A DNA stretch of 64,000 nucleotides from Felis catus (GCF_018350175.1 NC_058368.1:211360001-211424000); one strand, 5' to 3'. Counted from the stretch's first letter, positions 25,741 through 37,393 are shown. Numbers and translations are program-made. Notes: generated from the letters alone by a model not told the origin.

Positions 25741-25990
25741 GGGGTGCCCGGGTGGTCCAGTCGGTTAAGCGTCCGACTTTGGCTCAGGTCATGATCTCAC
25801 TGTTTGTGGGTTCGAGCCCCGTGTTGGGCTCTGTGCTGTCAGCTTGGAGCCTGGAGCCTGCTTCGGATTCTGTGTCTCCTTCTGTCTCTGCCCCTCCCCC
25901 ACTTGTGCTCTGTCTCTCTCTCTCTCTCAAAAGTAAGTAAATGTAAAAAAAAACCAAAATAATAAAATAAAATAAAATAAATTAAAAAAA
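25741..25990 (+). mobile_element. Can-SINE
   Basis: complete copy; target-site duplication aaaga(c/t)agtcctcaa. Confidence 0.92.
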
Positions 25991-26404
25991 GATAGTCCTC
26001 AAGAATCATAAACTATGACCTAAGCAGTGTTTCTCGTCAACTTTACATATTCTTTAAGTCCCTTTCAAATAAGGAAACATTCTCACAAAGACTAAGTTCT
26101 AGGATTGCAGTTTAAGGAACATTCACTGAAGAAACTAAAATTTGAACTGAAGAAAATTTATTTCAGTCTTGAATCACAGCTGTCAAAGGAGATGGATTGA
26201 AAAACAAGTTTTAGATCATCACAGAAAAAAATATATAAATCAATCTCTTATTAGTTTTAGAGATACAAAGATGTAAACAGCAGTAATAGCTGTTCTCAGT
26301 TTGAGAAACAGTTGTCGAAGGAACAAAGCTATCACCTAGAATTAGAGCCAAAAGCTCCCTCCGACACAGACACAAGAGCGGCTGTATGGTGGTACTGCCA
26401 CACC

Positions 26405-26609
26405 TTTTTTTTTACATTTATTTTTGAGAGAGAGAGACAGAGCACAAGTCGGGGAGGGGGCAGAGAGACAGGGAGACGCAGAATACAAAGCAGGCTCCAG
26501 GCTCTGAGCAGTCAGCACAGAGCCCGATGCGGGGCTGGAACCCACGAGCTGTGAGATCATGACCTGAGCCGCAGTCGGACACTTAACCGACTGAGCCACC
26601 CAGGCACCC
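26405..26609 (-). mobile_element. Can-SINE
   Basis: perfect target-site duplication tggtactgccacac (26390-26403 and 26610-26623). Confidence 0.93.
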
Positions 26610-26761
26610 TGGTACTGCCACACTTCTAAGCTTAAAACTTCACTTGACTGCAGGATACATCATTGCCAAAAAGAGTATCTTGGCATTTAGGAGTAGGCTG
26701 AGCCCCAAATTAAAGGTGCTTCAAATCCTACTCCAGTCCATTAACTTTTTAATAAGAACAG

Positions 26762-26972
26762 TTTTTTTTTTTTAAGTTTATTTATTTATTTTGAGAGAGA
26801 GAGAGAAAGAGTGGGCAGGGGTAGCGCAGAGAAAGATAGCGGGAGAGAATTGCAAGCAGGCTCCGCTGTCAGCGCAGAGTTGGACATGGGACTCGATCCA
26901 ACAGCCAAAACCAAGAGTCAGATTGTTGGCTTAAGAGAGTTGGCTTAACCAACTGGGCCACCCAGGAATCCC
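26762..26972 (-). mobile_element. Can-SINE
   Basis: target-site duplication aagaacagtt. Confidence 0.85.
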
Positions 26973-27319
26973 AAGAACAGTTAGGAAAAAATGCAGATAG
27001 CAATACATGGCAGTCCTGAATTATTTAGAAGGACAAACCAGCTTGTAACCTCTGAGAGCATTACAATGAAGGATCCTCGAAAAATGTTTTGATAATTAAC
27101 AGCAGGATATCTAAGAAAGTGAAGGGAATGTTTAACGAATTTTGCAAAGAATGTCTAACAAAATGTTCATTGGAAAAATCCTGTTATTGAAAAGATGAAC
27201 TTCTGAGGCGACGTAGTTCTTTACCTGATAAAACTGAACAAATGACAAGGTTGAACCATGATTGAAAATAAAAATACATAAACATATAAGAACTTTTAAA
27301 ATGTAGGATATAAAGGCAC

Positions 27320-27431
27320 CTGCTTTAGAATGAGGCATCAACATCCTCAAGTCTTGCATTAAATGTCTTGTTCTGAAATTTATTCCTCTAGAAGAAAAGA
27401 TAAGAATCCGTTCTTTATTTTTCCACTTGCC
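27320..27431 (-). CDS. BRIX1: BRIX1 exon 2 (112 bp; start of Brix domain)
   Basis: GKWKNKERILIFSSRGINFRTRHLMQDLRMLMPHSKA(D). Confidence 0.96.
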
Positions 27432-28551
27432 CTAAAGAAAAAGAAAATGTGAAGATTTTTAAATCTCACACTGAACGTACCTTGTTTGTTTTTTCAAAGA
27501 TAGCTTTAAAAGTATCCAGTTTTTAAGTATTCTACTATCCTCTAATGTATCCACACTACATGCTTACTTCTGCCTCTCTCCCGTGTGTAATTCAGACAGA
27601 TGTTTCACTAGAGAATCTTTCCACTGCTGAAAGCAGAATGAACTCTAGTCAATATTTCTTTCCCAAGAGAACTTTAGTATTAACTTAATATTTACTAGGT
27701 TCCTACCAGGAGTCAGGCACTGTTCTTATGTGAGAAGACAGTCAACAAGCAAGCAAATCAGTGAAGACATGGAGGCAAGAACAGCATGAAATCCTTAGGG
27801 AACCACAACATATCTGTCATATACGACAGAAGTGGCAAAGCATCATGGCATCATGTGATGAGGCAAAAAAAGGAAGCTTAAAAGTCCCTGTTTTATCTAA
27901 CAGACAAAATTTGGATCCTCTATCTAAAGAAGCAAGCTAAAGGTAGCTCTTGGTTCTAATAAAATAATACAGCCAATGGAAAAGTTAACTCCTAAAAAAA
28001 CAACAAAAAAAGTTATATATGGCAAGTAGAGAGACACAATAACATTCATAAAAAGCTTCCAGGTAGCAGACCGAACAATCCTGACAATCTCTCAGTGGTA
28101 TTCACCGACCACGGCTGCCTCCCAGAAACGCTTTCTCTGACTTTCTTCATTTTTGGTTTTTCTTCTTCCATGTCTCCAGTTCCTCCTCCTGACTCTAAAG
28201 ATTCCTAGTCCTCTTTTTATTTTTGTTCTTTCCAGGACAGAGTTCTCATAATCATTCCATAGCTTCAATCGTCAAATCTATGGAAAGGTAAGGAACTCTC
28301 CCCACTCCTAATAATCCAAGTATTTGACTTAATACCTCAAGTTCAACTCTAGGAATACTAAACCTTAAATACAGTAAATTTCTTGTTTATTTTTCTGATG
28401 ATGCCACCATCATTTCCATCCCCCAAGCTTCAAATTATCCATTTGCCCTATTATCCTATATCATAAGCACTTCTAAATGCTGTCAATTTTTCCTTGCAAC
28501 AACTCTTAATCCCTTCCCTTTCATAGTACCCTCATTCAGATCCTTATCATC

Positions 28552-28719
28552 TTTTTTTTTTCTGAGTTTAACACTTTTATTACAAAGACATCCCTTAGGT
28601 TACAGAGAATTAACTTAGAAGTATTGAAAAACACACCAAAAATGTGTGTATTGTAAGTAGAGCCACTACTGTGCAACCTTAAGCAGATTGCTTCAGTGTC
28701 CTGAGCGTCATATTCTCAA
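28552..28719 (-). pseudogene. Unidentified 5'-truncated retroposed polyadenylated RNA 3' end in BRIX1 intron 1
   Basis: A10 tail, AATAAA 14 nt upstream, flanked by 15-bp direct repeats CAGATCCTTATCA(T/C)C at 28537-28551 and 28720-28734. Confidence 0.8.
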
Positions 28720-30238
28720 CAGATCCTTATCACCTTAAATCTCCTAAATGCTAGCCTTTCCAGACAGGGGTTTCTCCAATTGATACGGGGGAACTATAGC
28801 AACAGCTTAATCTTTTTAAAGCACTGGTTCGATCACATCCTTAACCTCCCTGGATGTTCTAATCAAACTCCAAAATGACATCGCTATAACACTAGATTAT
28901 AAAATATATTTTTTACCTCACCATGCCCCAAATCAACCCTACCTTTCAGTTAATTTGGCTTTTTTTTTTTTTTTTTTGATTTTCAGCATTTTCCCTCCAT
29001 TTCACTGCCTTTGATCATTCATTTTTGAATACTGAATATTGAAATTGTGCCTTCACTTTGAGATCCAGCTCAAGGGCTAAATCTTTCACGACCTCGCTGT
29101 TCTAGAGTAAAAGCAACCTCTATCTTAAGCACTTCCATACAATTTTTCATATTATGGCTCAGATCATAACTACCATATTTCTTTCCAACTGAAGGAGAGT
29201 GAGAGCATTAACATTTACTGAAAATCTTCTAGAAGTCCATCTTATTCTTCACAAAAAGTAAAACACATTTTCTTCCTCTTAATTTACAGATGAGAAAAGA
29301 GCTCAAAATGAAGCCATGAGTTAACTGCAGCGCTAGAATTTAAATTCGTTTTTTATCCCTCAAAGCTAACTCCTTTCCTAGTGCTCGCCACCACCGAATG
29401 TGGTCATTTATCACCTACTACCTGCTAGAGTACTAAGCTAAGGGTTAGGAAAGTAGACACAATCAAAACAGGAATAAATCAAAGACCATCTTTGTCTCCA
29501 CAGTATTCGATCTAGCTTAAGGAATGGAAGTTAGGCCCAACAATTGTGTTCACCGTCTTCTGAACACAAACCATGGACTTACATGAATTAGTTTCTCTCT
29601 AAACTCCCAACACTTCAGAAAGGAGTCACATTCTAATTTAGCAATCCCAAAGCTAACATATTAGTTTCGTGCACGCCTGACATATTACAAATTTGAATGC
29701 AAAGAAAAATTCATTGTATCCAGTCTAGTTTTCATCATCCCTTAAGAGTTAAAGACTTGATCACAGAAGTCAAAGTCAATATCCCAAGGACATGAACTCT
29801 TCAAAGGACCGCATGACAAGCTTCAGGATCTCCGACTGACAGTTAACTAACGCAGAATGAGGGAATCCTAACCACTGGAATAAATATACTCAAAAGCGAG
29901 AAATAACTTTAAGGAAAAGTAATACCACCCGCAAGGGGGGAAATGGAGTTACTAGAAGAGAACACTGAGGCTGAGTACCCCGTAAGCGCCTCCTAAGAAC
30001 GGGTAAGTGTTCCCAAGGCCACCCACTTCCCCAGCCGGCCGCCTCCCGGAGGGCGGTCACGTGCACGAGAGCTAGCTGTAAGCGCGGTGCCCTGTCCGAC
30101 TGGGAGGTGAGCTGAGACCGAGCTCGCCTCACAGACAGGCAACTCCGAAATCAGCAGGGCTCTCGTCAGGTAGACAGCCCCAGGGACGGCGCGCAGAACC
30201 GCAGCTGCAGGTGCAGCCAGGAGGCAAGCTTCCTCTAC

Positions 30239-30397
30239 CTTGCAAACGGGGCCTGGAATACGGTCTCTCTCCTCTTCCTTCGTCTCTTCTGCCACGTCGC
30301 GCAGCTTAGCTGGCTGCTTGGCATCTTTCTCGTTCCTTTTTGGTTTTTTCGCCTGAACAGCCAAGCCTCCACGCCGCTTCCTCTTGGTCGCCGCCAT
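30239..30397 (-). CDS. BRIX1: BRIX1 coding exon 1 (159 bp)
   Basis: MAATKRKRRGGLAVQAKKPKRNEKDAKQPAKLRDVAEETKEEERDRIPGPVCK; strong Kozak AAGATGG; donor AAG|GTAGA. Confidence 0.96.
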
Positions 30398-30539
30398 CTT
30401 GCCCGATCTCCTTTGGTCTCGGCTTTCCTTCCGGCTCCGCCGCTCGCTCCCCTTTCCGATCTCTATGATACCGTACGCTCGGCTCTGCAGTCCCCCGGCT
30501 CTATGGTCCCTCTTTCCGGTTTCTCGTAACGCACTCGCG

Positions 30540-30704
30540 CCTCTCTAGGCCACCTCTAGCTCTGTGGTGACGGTGGCCGTAGTGGCTGTCTGGTCTGAAA
30601 AGAGTGGCGGGAGCCGCTCTACTCCCTCCACACCTACTCGGGAAGCGCGGCTCGCTTCCCCCTGGCTGCGAAGGGCTGTCGGACTCCCGGACCCCGCCAC
30701 AAAG
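30540..30704 (+). other. RAD1: Probable non-coding first exon of RAD1 (5' end approximate)
   Basis: strong donor AAG|GTAAGG after 30704 inside the CpG island; likely spliced to the acceptor catcag|G at 31129. Confidence 0.65.
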
Positions 30705-31197
30705 GTAAGGTTTCCGCGCCTCGGGGGCCGGAGGATCTTCCGAGAAACTGGGGCCCGCCCCCCCATCGACTTTTCTGTTAGGGTCAAGGTTGGGGGCGCC
30801 GGACAGCTCAAACCCGACTCTGCGGGGACACGCAGCTCCAGCTTGGCATGGTGAAACTGGCCTCAAGTAGAACTACCATGGTAGTTGCCTGTTGCCTCTG
30901 TTTACAACTTTTCCTGTGTTACTGGCCCCTTACTAAAGACGAGGAAACCGTGGCGTAGAGACAGGTGTAATTTCCCCCAGAGTTACAGAGAGTTGCAGTG
31001 ACAGAGGTGGGTCCAGTCCCTGTCCGGCCGAGTTTAATACTCAGGCCTCTTCCACCTCTTCTCAGCGCAGGTTGACTTCGCGAGCCTTGCGGGCATTGAT
31101 CCGGAGTTTTATTGTCGAATCTCATCAGGTGTTTCGCGATCCGCAGCAGCAGGTGTCGGCACCGGGAACGTCTCTTGGAGCCAGATGTGCAGTGGAC

Positions 31198-31392
31198 ATG
31201 CCCTTCCTAACTCCACAGATCCAAGATGAGAATGATTACAGCTTAGTGGCCAGCCTTGACAACGTTAGGAATCTCTCCACTGTCTTGAAGGCTATTCATT
31301 TCCGAGAACACGCTACCTGTTTCGCTACTAAAAATGGAATCAAGGTTACAGTGGAAAATGCAAAGTGTGTGCAAGCAAATGCTTTTATTCAG
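31198..31392 (+). CDS. RAD1: RAD1 first coding exon (195 coding bp; exon probably starts at 31129)
   Basis: MPFLTPQIQDENDYSLVASLDNVRNLSTVLKAIHFREHATCFATKNGIKVTVENAKCVQANAFIQ; donor CAG|GTAGG; 9-1-1 checkpoint clamp subunit. Confidence 0.97.
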
Positions 31393-31569
31393 GTAGGCAA
31401 ACAGGTATCTTTAAGCCTATGACATACGATATAATTCACCCAGTTTAATGAATACCACAGGGCTTAACAGACATCATTTAAGTTAGAGAACAGTGTATTT
31501 GAATTCTTTCTCCTGGCAAATTCTCTTCTTGTTTTATAGAGATAATGGTTAGTAATAATAATGTCTAAG

Positions 31570-31805
31570 TTTTACTAAGCTAAACTATGGGGCAGGCACT
31601 ATTCTGCGTGTTTTAGATACTTAACTCATTTAATACAGTAGTCCTATCAGGTAGGTTCTGTTATTATTCCCATTTTATGTGTGTGGAAACTGAGGCACAG
31701 TTTAAGTGATTTGCCAACAGTTCCAGAGTTGGCAAGTCGCTGAGCTGAGCTGAGCTGAAAGCCCAGACATTTGTTTCCAGAGTATATGCTCTTGGCCACT
31801 ACTTC
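31570..31805 (-). mobile_element. MIR element
   Basis: attattcccattttat...ggaaactgaggcacag...aagtgatttgcc core. Confidence 0.75.
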
Positions 31806-32334
31806 ACTTTTCCCTTTTATTGGTGATAATAAAATGTTTATTCTTACAAAGTAATATTTTTGTGGTTCAGATAGCATTTCAGAATTAATCCAGCGTTTTT
31901 TGAACACCTAAATGCACAGTGTGATGTCAGGTATAGGGGGATAGATATGTTTTCTGTCCTCAAAAGAAGTTGAAAACTAGTATCACTTACGCATTATCAA
32001 ATGTTTGGCTATTTTCCAAATGACTTTAGCCCTATTGATGGGCATAAAAATGAGACAAGGGGGTCATGTGGATGATAGTTTAGATCCAAGAAACTAGATA
32101 AAGGACCCTTCATAAAGTTTTGCATGGTACCGAAATCACTGTTACACCGTTAACTACTGAGTAGTATTATTCTAAAGGATAATAGTTGAAAAAGCTTAAG
32201 ATGTTTTTCTTGGTAATCAGAAATTTTGATGGAATTAGCATAATATTATTTTTAAAACATAAAGTGAAATATAGAACCTTCTATGTGAGTTTTCATTAAT
32301 ACATATGCATTTTCATATTTCCTTTTTTTCGCAG

Positions 32335-32443
32335 GCTGGAATATTTCAAGAGTTTATAGTTCAGGAAGAGTCTGTTACTTTTCGAATAAATTTAACTGTC
32401 CTTTTAGACTGTTTATCTATATTTGGATCAAGTCCTATGCCAG
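32335..32443 (+). CDS. RAD1: RAD1 coding exon 2 (109 bp)
   Basis: AGIFQEFIVQEESVTFRINLTVLLDCLSIFGSSPMP(G). Confidence 0.96.
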
Positions 32444-32619
32444 GTGAACCATTTTATTATCATTATAATGACACAAAAGCATTATACAGAATAATCAGAA
32501 AATACAGGAAAAATCATTAGAATAGAAGTAATAAATATATCTTAGAAATTGCAAATTCATTTTTTATTGGTCACAGTCACGGATTCTAACTTTTCTAGCA
32601 ATATTAATAGTAAGTGTGC

Positions 32620-32834
32620 GGGGCGCCTGGGTGGCGCAGTCGGTTAAGCGTCCGACTTCAGCCAGGTCACGATCTCGCAGTCCGCGAGTTCGAGCCCCGC
32701 GTCGGGCTCTGGGCTGATGGCTCAGAGCCTGGAGCCTGTTTCCGATTCTGTGTCTCCCTCTCTCTCTGCCCCTCCCCCGTTCATGCTCTGTCTCTCTGTG
32801 TTCCAAAAATAAAAAAAAAAATAAAAAACGTTGA
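32620..32834 (+). mobile_element. Young feline SINEC_Fc-type SINE
   Basis: CpG-intact; perfect target-site duplication aatagtaagtgtgc. Confidence 0.95.
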
Positions 32835-34042
32835 ATAGTAAGTGTGCTATGGGTCTTTACATTTTGCAAAAATATTTACATTAATTTTTTTTTTAATTTA
32901 CAAAGTTTTGGGGATTTTAAATTTGAACTGGCCAAGAGGAGACTGAATATGTCTTAATTATCTTTATTTAACATTGTGAAAACATGTGAAACATGTATTG
33001 CTTCTTTTCCCTAACTTGTTCAGAATTCGCACAGTGTAGTGGCAAGGAAAACCAGTGCTCCTGACTTCCTAATTTACTCTGTTCAAAATTTGTTTGCTCT
33101 TATTTCCTTAAGCCCTGTTCATAAATTGTCTATTTTCTGAAATGTTTTCTTTTAAAAATATTTATATATTTTATTGTTGTTAAGAATAGCGAATTCAGTT
33201 GCTATGGATATAAAACTATAAGGAAACATCAGAAGAATGATTTTCTTTCATAGGAAAGGAATCTGGAGATAATCTAGGGAAAATTAGGTTGTGGTTCTCT
33301 AGAAAATGTATTTTAATTTTATACCAACAATTCTATCATTGCTAATTATCCATTTTTCTAATGCAGCACTCCCCAGCTGGTTTCTCATAAAAGCGTCTGC
33401 TAACCCTCTTCTGTACTGTGGCTCTCCATCCAGTAAGGGAAAGGAGCCCAAGATGTCCAGTCGTATTCCTCCTCTGCTCTAGTGGTTTGCAGTGTTAAAA
33501 CCCACACCACCATTAACCACCCTGTCTTTTTTTCCCGATTTGATCTTAAAATTTGTGGAAGTGTACATAATATCTCCCAATAGAATACACTGACACAACG
33601 AATACACTGACATTATACTACAGGCAGTACCAAAGCAGTCCACTGCTGTGTGCACACGTTGAACCTTTAAGAAATAGCATAGCTTATTTGGCAATAAGTC
33701 TATTACTTGCAGTATTGGTCCATGTAGATTCTCCATCCTGAAATCATAGAGCTATAAAATCAGTAAGCTGTTTCTGAGGTGGTTTTGGCAAGCTGGAAAA
33801 CCATTTCAAAGAGTTACATTATATTTTGTTCTGGTTCCCCATTTTGTTACAGTTATTTTTCGAATTGTCTACACATAACTGTCATCAGTTATCCAAGATA
33901 CGATCCTTTCTTCTAAAGAAATACATATGTGCTAAAAATTGGGCAGAATAAAATAATCTTCAGGAGTTTCATGTATCATTTAAGGAGAAGCTGAACCTGT
34001 ACTATAAAGCTGAGCTCAAACTTTGATTTCTTTCCATTGCAG

Positions 34043-34301
34043 GGACTTTAACTGCACTGCGGATGTGTTACCAAGGTTATGGTTACCCTTTGATGCTCTT
34101 TCTGGAAGAAGGAGGGGTGATGACAGTCTGTAAAATCAATACTCAGGAGCCTGAGGAGACTCTGGATTTTGATTTCTGCAGCACCAATGTTATTAATAAA
34201 ATTATTCTGCAGTCAGAGGGGCTCCGTGAAGCATTTTCCGAATTGGATATGACGAGTGAGGTCCTACAGATCACCATGTCTCCCAACAAGCCTTATTTCA
34301 G
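34043..34301 (+). CDS. RAD1: RAD1 coding exon 3 (259 bp)
   Basis: (G)TLTALRMCYQGYGYPLMLFLEEGGVMTVCKINTQEPEETLDFDFCSTNVINKIILQSEGLREAFSELDMTSEVLQITMSPNKPYF(R). Confidence 0.97.
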
Positions 34302-35862
34302 GTGCTTGAACACAGCACAATTATAGCTCATGTGGTCTGCTCCATCTCCCTACTTACACATTTACTTAGGATGCAGAACTTTTATTATCCAGGTTCCTAG
34401 AATTTTCAGATCTTTAGAGAGCTTTTACTCTTATTTTTACAGATCAGGAAACTTAAGGTCCAGGAGGATGAATTCAGTACTTAAAGCTTCATAGTGTTGG
34501 TTTGTAGATCAGTAGCCCAGTCTCTTACTTCATAAACTAATGGTCTTTTCATTGTACTGTTGTAGGTCAAGTTACATCATGAGGAAAATTTGGGCTTAAA
34601 CTTTTGGAAAAGGTGTTTGTATCATACAGATCTTTTTCTTTTTGAGTTAGTACAGGATGCAAAAGGAAGCAGATGTTTTCTATACATGGTTCATTCACTG
34701 ACTATCAGTCATCTACTGTGTGCATATTCCCCTGTTTAAGCAGTTTGGAAAGGAACAGCTTAAAGTCAAGTTGAAGAGAAGATATGTGAAACAGCATAGA
34801 AGGAACAGAATTGCATGCCATTTAAGTACCAAAATAATGCACAGATTCTTAACAGAACATGAGTTCTTAGGGATGATTGGCCGAGGTAAGCTTCCTAAGG
34901 AAGGGCAATTTTCAGCAGGAATATAGTATCAGAAACTCTCAAATTGCTCCTGATATTTTGAACCAACAAATTATGAAGTTTTCAGAATTAAAATAAATTT
35001 GGAGAAAGGATTTAAATATTTCTTCTTTTGAAATACATAAGAATATTAAAGAGTAAAGGAGCTAAATACATACAGAATGAGATGTATAAGATGTTCTTTT
35101 TACATCTACTCTAGAAGAACTGAAGGCCCTTATCATGACATTAGGCAGTTAAAAATTTGGCTCAAGATTGGTTAAAATGTTAACCAAAATGGAAATCAAT
35201 GAAACCTTAAGCAGTGACATGAATTAAAATTCTGGGCACTTTTACAGTATATTTCAGAGGACCACCATTTAAATGATGTCTCAGCATAGTAACTGGATGG
35301 ATCATGGTGTCATCATTCATTTCTGGTATGGGAAATAACTTGGTGGGGGGAACTGGGACTTGAAATTTCTTTCTGGATTTGTTAAATTTGAGGCACCTAT
35401 GATACTAGGGAGTAGTTGGACATAGGAAGTTCAGGAGATCGGTCTAGACTGGAAATTTAGATTTGGGAGTCAGCCTCATGGCTGGGTATGGACGAGATGC
35501 CTCAGAGAAGGAGGTTACATCAGAGGAGCGACAAGATGGAACCTGAGGAAGACCAGCACATAGGTCTTCTGTCACTGTGCTCACGTAGCACTTACCGACG
35601 TGTTAACCCCATAGCAAGTGATCAATAGATTCTTGCAGATTAAATAAACGTATAAACATTTACAAATTGTCTACACACAAACTGCTGATACCACCAAGCA
35701 AGAAAAGCCATGAAACAGCCTGAAGAGCAGCCTAAGAAACAAAACAGGGGAGCCGTAATTTCTGGCTGTGGCAGTAGAGAGGGAACAGGACCCCGACTTG
35801 CAGATGAGGTAGATCAGGGCCTTCCATCACTCTTCAACTCTCTTGTCCTTTTATATTATTTC

Positions 35863-35881
35863 TTTTTTAATGTTTATTCAT

Positions 35882-35931
<50 letters not shown>

Positions 35932-36058
35932 CGAAAATCCCAAGCAGGTGTTGTGCTGTCAGCACAGAGCCTGACTCAGGGCTCTATCTCACGAACCATG
36001 AGATCATGACCTGCACTGAAATCAAGATGCTTAACCGACTGAGCCACCTAGGCGCCCC
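35863..36058 (-). mobile_element. Can-SINE with long (GA)n
   Basis: reverse head ...gagccacctaggcgcccc; (GA) run 35885-35923. Confidence 0.9.
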
Positions 36059-36389
36059 TATTTCTGATTTAAGGATGTGGAAAAGTGAGTATCAGAGTAG
36101 AATTAAGGCAGTGAAATTGAGGCAAACACCCCTGGATTCCTTTTGTGATTGATATTTTCCAAAGCTGTTTATTAGTTGTTAGTTCCCCCATACTCCCACC
36201 TCATCCTGGAGGAATCTTTATTACTGTTAAGTGTTACAATGTATTGTCAGCATTTGTTTACATATCTGTTTCACTCTGCGATTAGCTTTTCAAGGAAGTG
36301 TCTTTATTGGGATCCTAATGTGGCTTATTGTTGGACCAGTGAATAAATGAGTTGCTCATTTTTTTTTTTTATTTTTTTTTTTACTGTAG

Positions 36390-36488
36390 GTTATCTACTT
36401 TTGGGAATGCAGGAAGTTCCCACCTTGATTATCCCAAAGATTCTGATTTGATGGAATCATTTCAATGTAATCAGACCCAGGTCAACAG
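36390..36488 (+). CDS. RAD1: RAD1 coding exon 4 (99 bp)
   Basis: (R)LSTFGNAGSSHLDYPKDSDLMESFQCNQTQVN(R); long T tract before the acceptor. Confidence 0.96.
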
Positions 36489-36804
36489 GTCAGTTCTTAA
36501 TATATTAATCAGGAAGGTGAGGTTTAATATCCTGTATCTATTAAATAAATGTTAAAACTTTCAGTTTGTTGCTACATATGTAACATTCTAAAGCTATAAA
36601 TAGTAGGGTGCTAGAGGATTTGGGGTTGTGAGAGTGGATGACATTTTTAAAATGAAAAATATTAGCAAATTGGACAAGTATTTGATTTTATTCTTACATT
36701 TACTGCTTGTTAGTTCTGGGACCATTTTTGTCCTTCACTCGGAGTTAGAAGCACTGCTTTAAGTGTGTCCAAATAACAACAGCTTTTTATTTACTCCTCT
36801 ACAG

Positions 36805-36988
36805 ATACAAGATTTCTTTACTGAAACCCTCTACAAAGGCATTAGTCCTATCTTGTAAGGTGTCTATTCGAACAGATAACCGAGGATTCCTCTCATTACA
36901 GTATATGATTAGGAATGAAGATGGACAGATATGTTTTGTGGAATATTACTGCTGCCCTGACGAAGAGGTTCCTGAATCAGAGTCTTAA
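36805..36988 (+). CDS. RAD1: RAD1 last coding exon (184 bp including TAA)
   Basis: (R)YKISLLKPSTKALVLSCKVSIRTDNRGFLSLQYMIRNEDGQICFVEYYCCPDEEVPESES*; coding total 846 bp = 281 aa + stop. Confidence 0.97.
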
Positions 36989-37393
36989 GTATGGCATTCG
37001 CTGTGATAGCTGTCTTGACATTCATGATCGGTCACATTCTCGTTCTGGGTATAGTACTCTCCAGAATACTGGGTTTTCTGAAGGGAAGAAGCATGGAGGA
37101 GATAGGAACAAGGTCCATGTACCCTAATAGTTGCTGTGTATTTTGTAAGTAAATGTTTTCATGTAGTCGTAGATTAACCAGTACTGGACTGGACTGTGGT
37201 TCTGTCTTTTGAACTCATGGGACTCATTTTGAGCCAAGATGAACAACTTATTTAAGTAGGACACGTCAAGAGTCTAAAAATGTAAAGTTTGGTGATTCTG
37301 TACCTGAAATGTTCTTTTATTTACTTACCGTTGGAAAAAGCAGCAGCATCTGGGCACCGATTATTAGTTTGACTTCCGGACTGTGTCTTAACG

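Larger units (their letters stand above)
29950..31170. promoter_or_regulatory. Bidirectional CpG-island promoter shared by BRIX1 (-) and RAD1 (+)
   Basis: CpG-rich; YY1 consensus GCCGCCATCTTG at 30390-30401; ETS/GABP-type CTTCCGG at 30428-30434 and TTTCCGGT at 30513-30520; the two start codons are 800 bp apart and divergent. Confidence 0.88.

Noticed and set aside
20466..30238. Intronic snoRNAs, expected in some ribosome-biogenesis genes
   Set aside because: No convincing C/D box pair with terminal stem or H/ACA hairpin pair seen by eye; an Infernal/Rfam scan would be decisive
30501..30866. ORFs of 88-121 aa in the bidirectional promoter
   Set aside because: CpG-island artefacts with no recognisable homology
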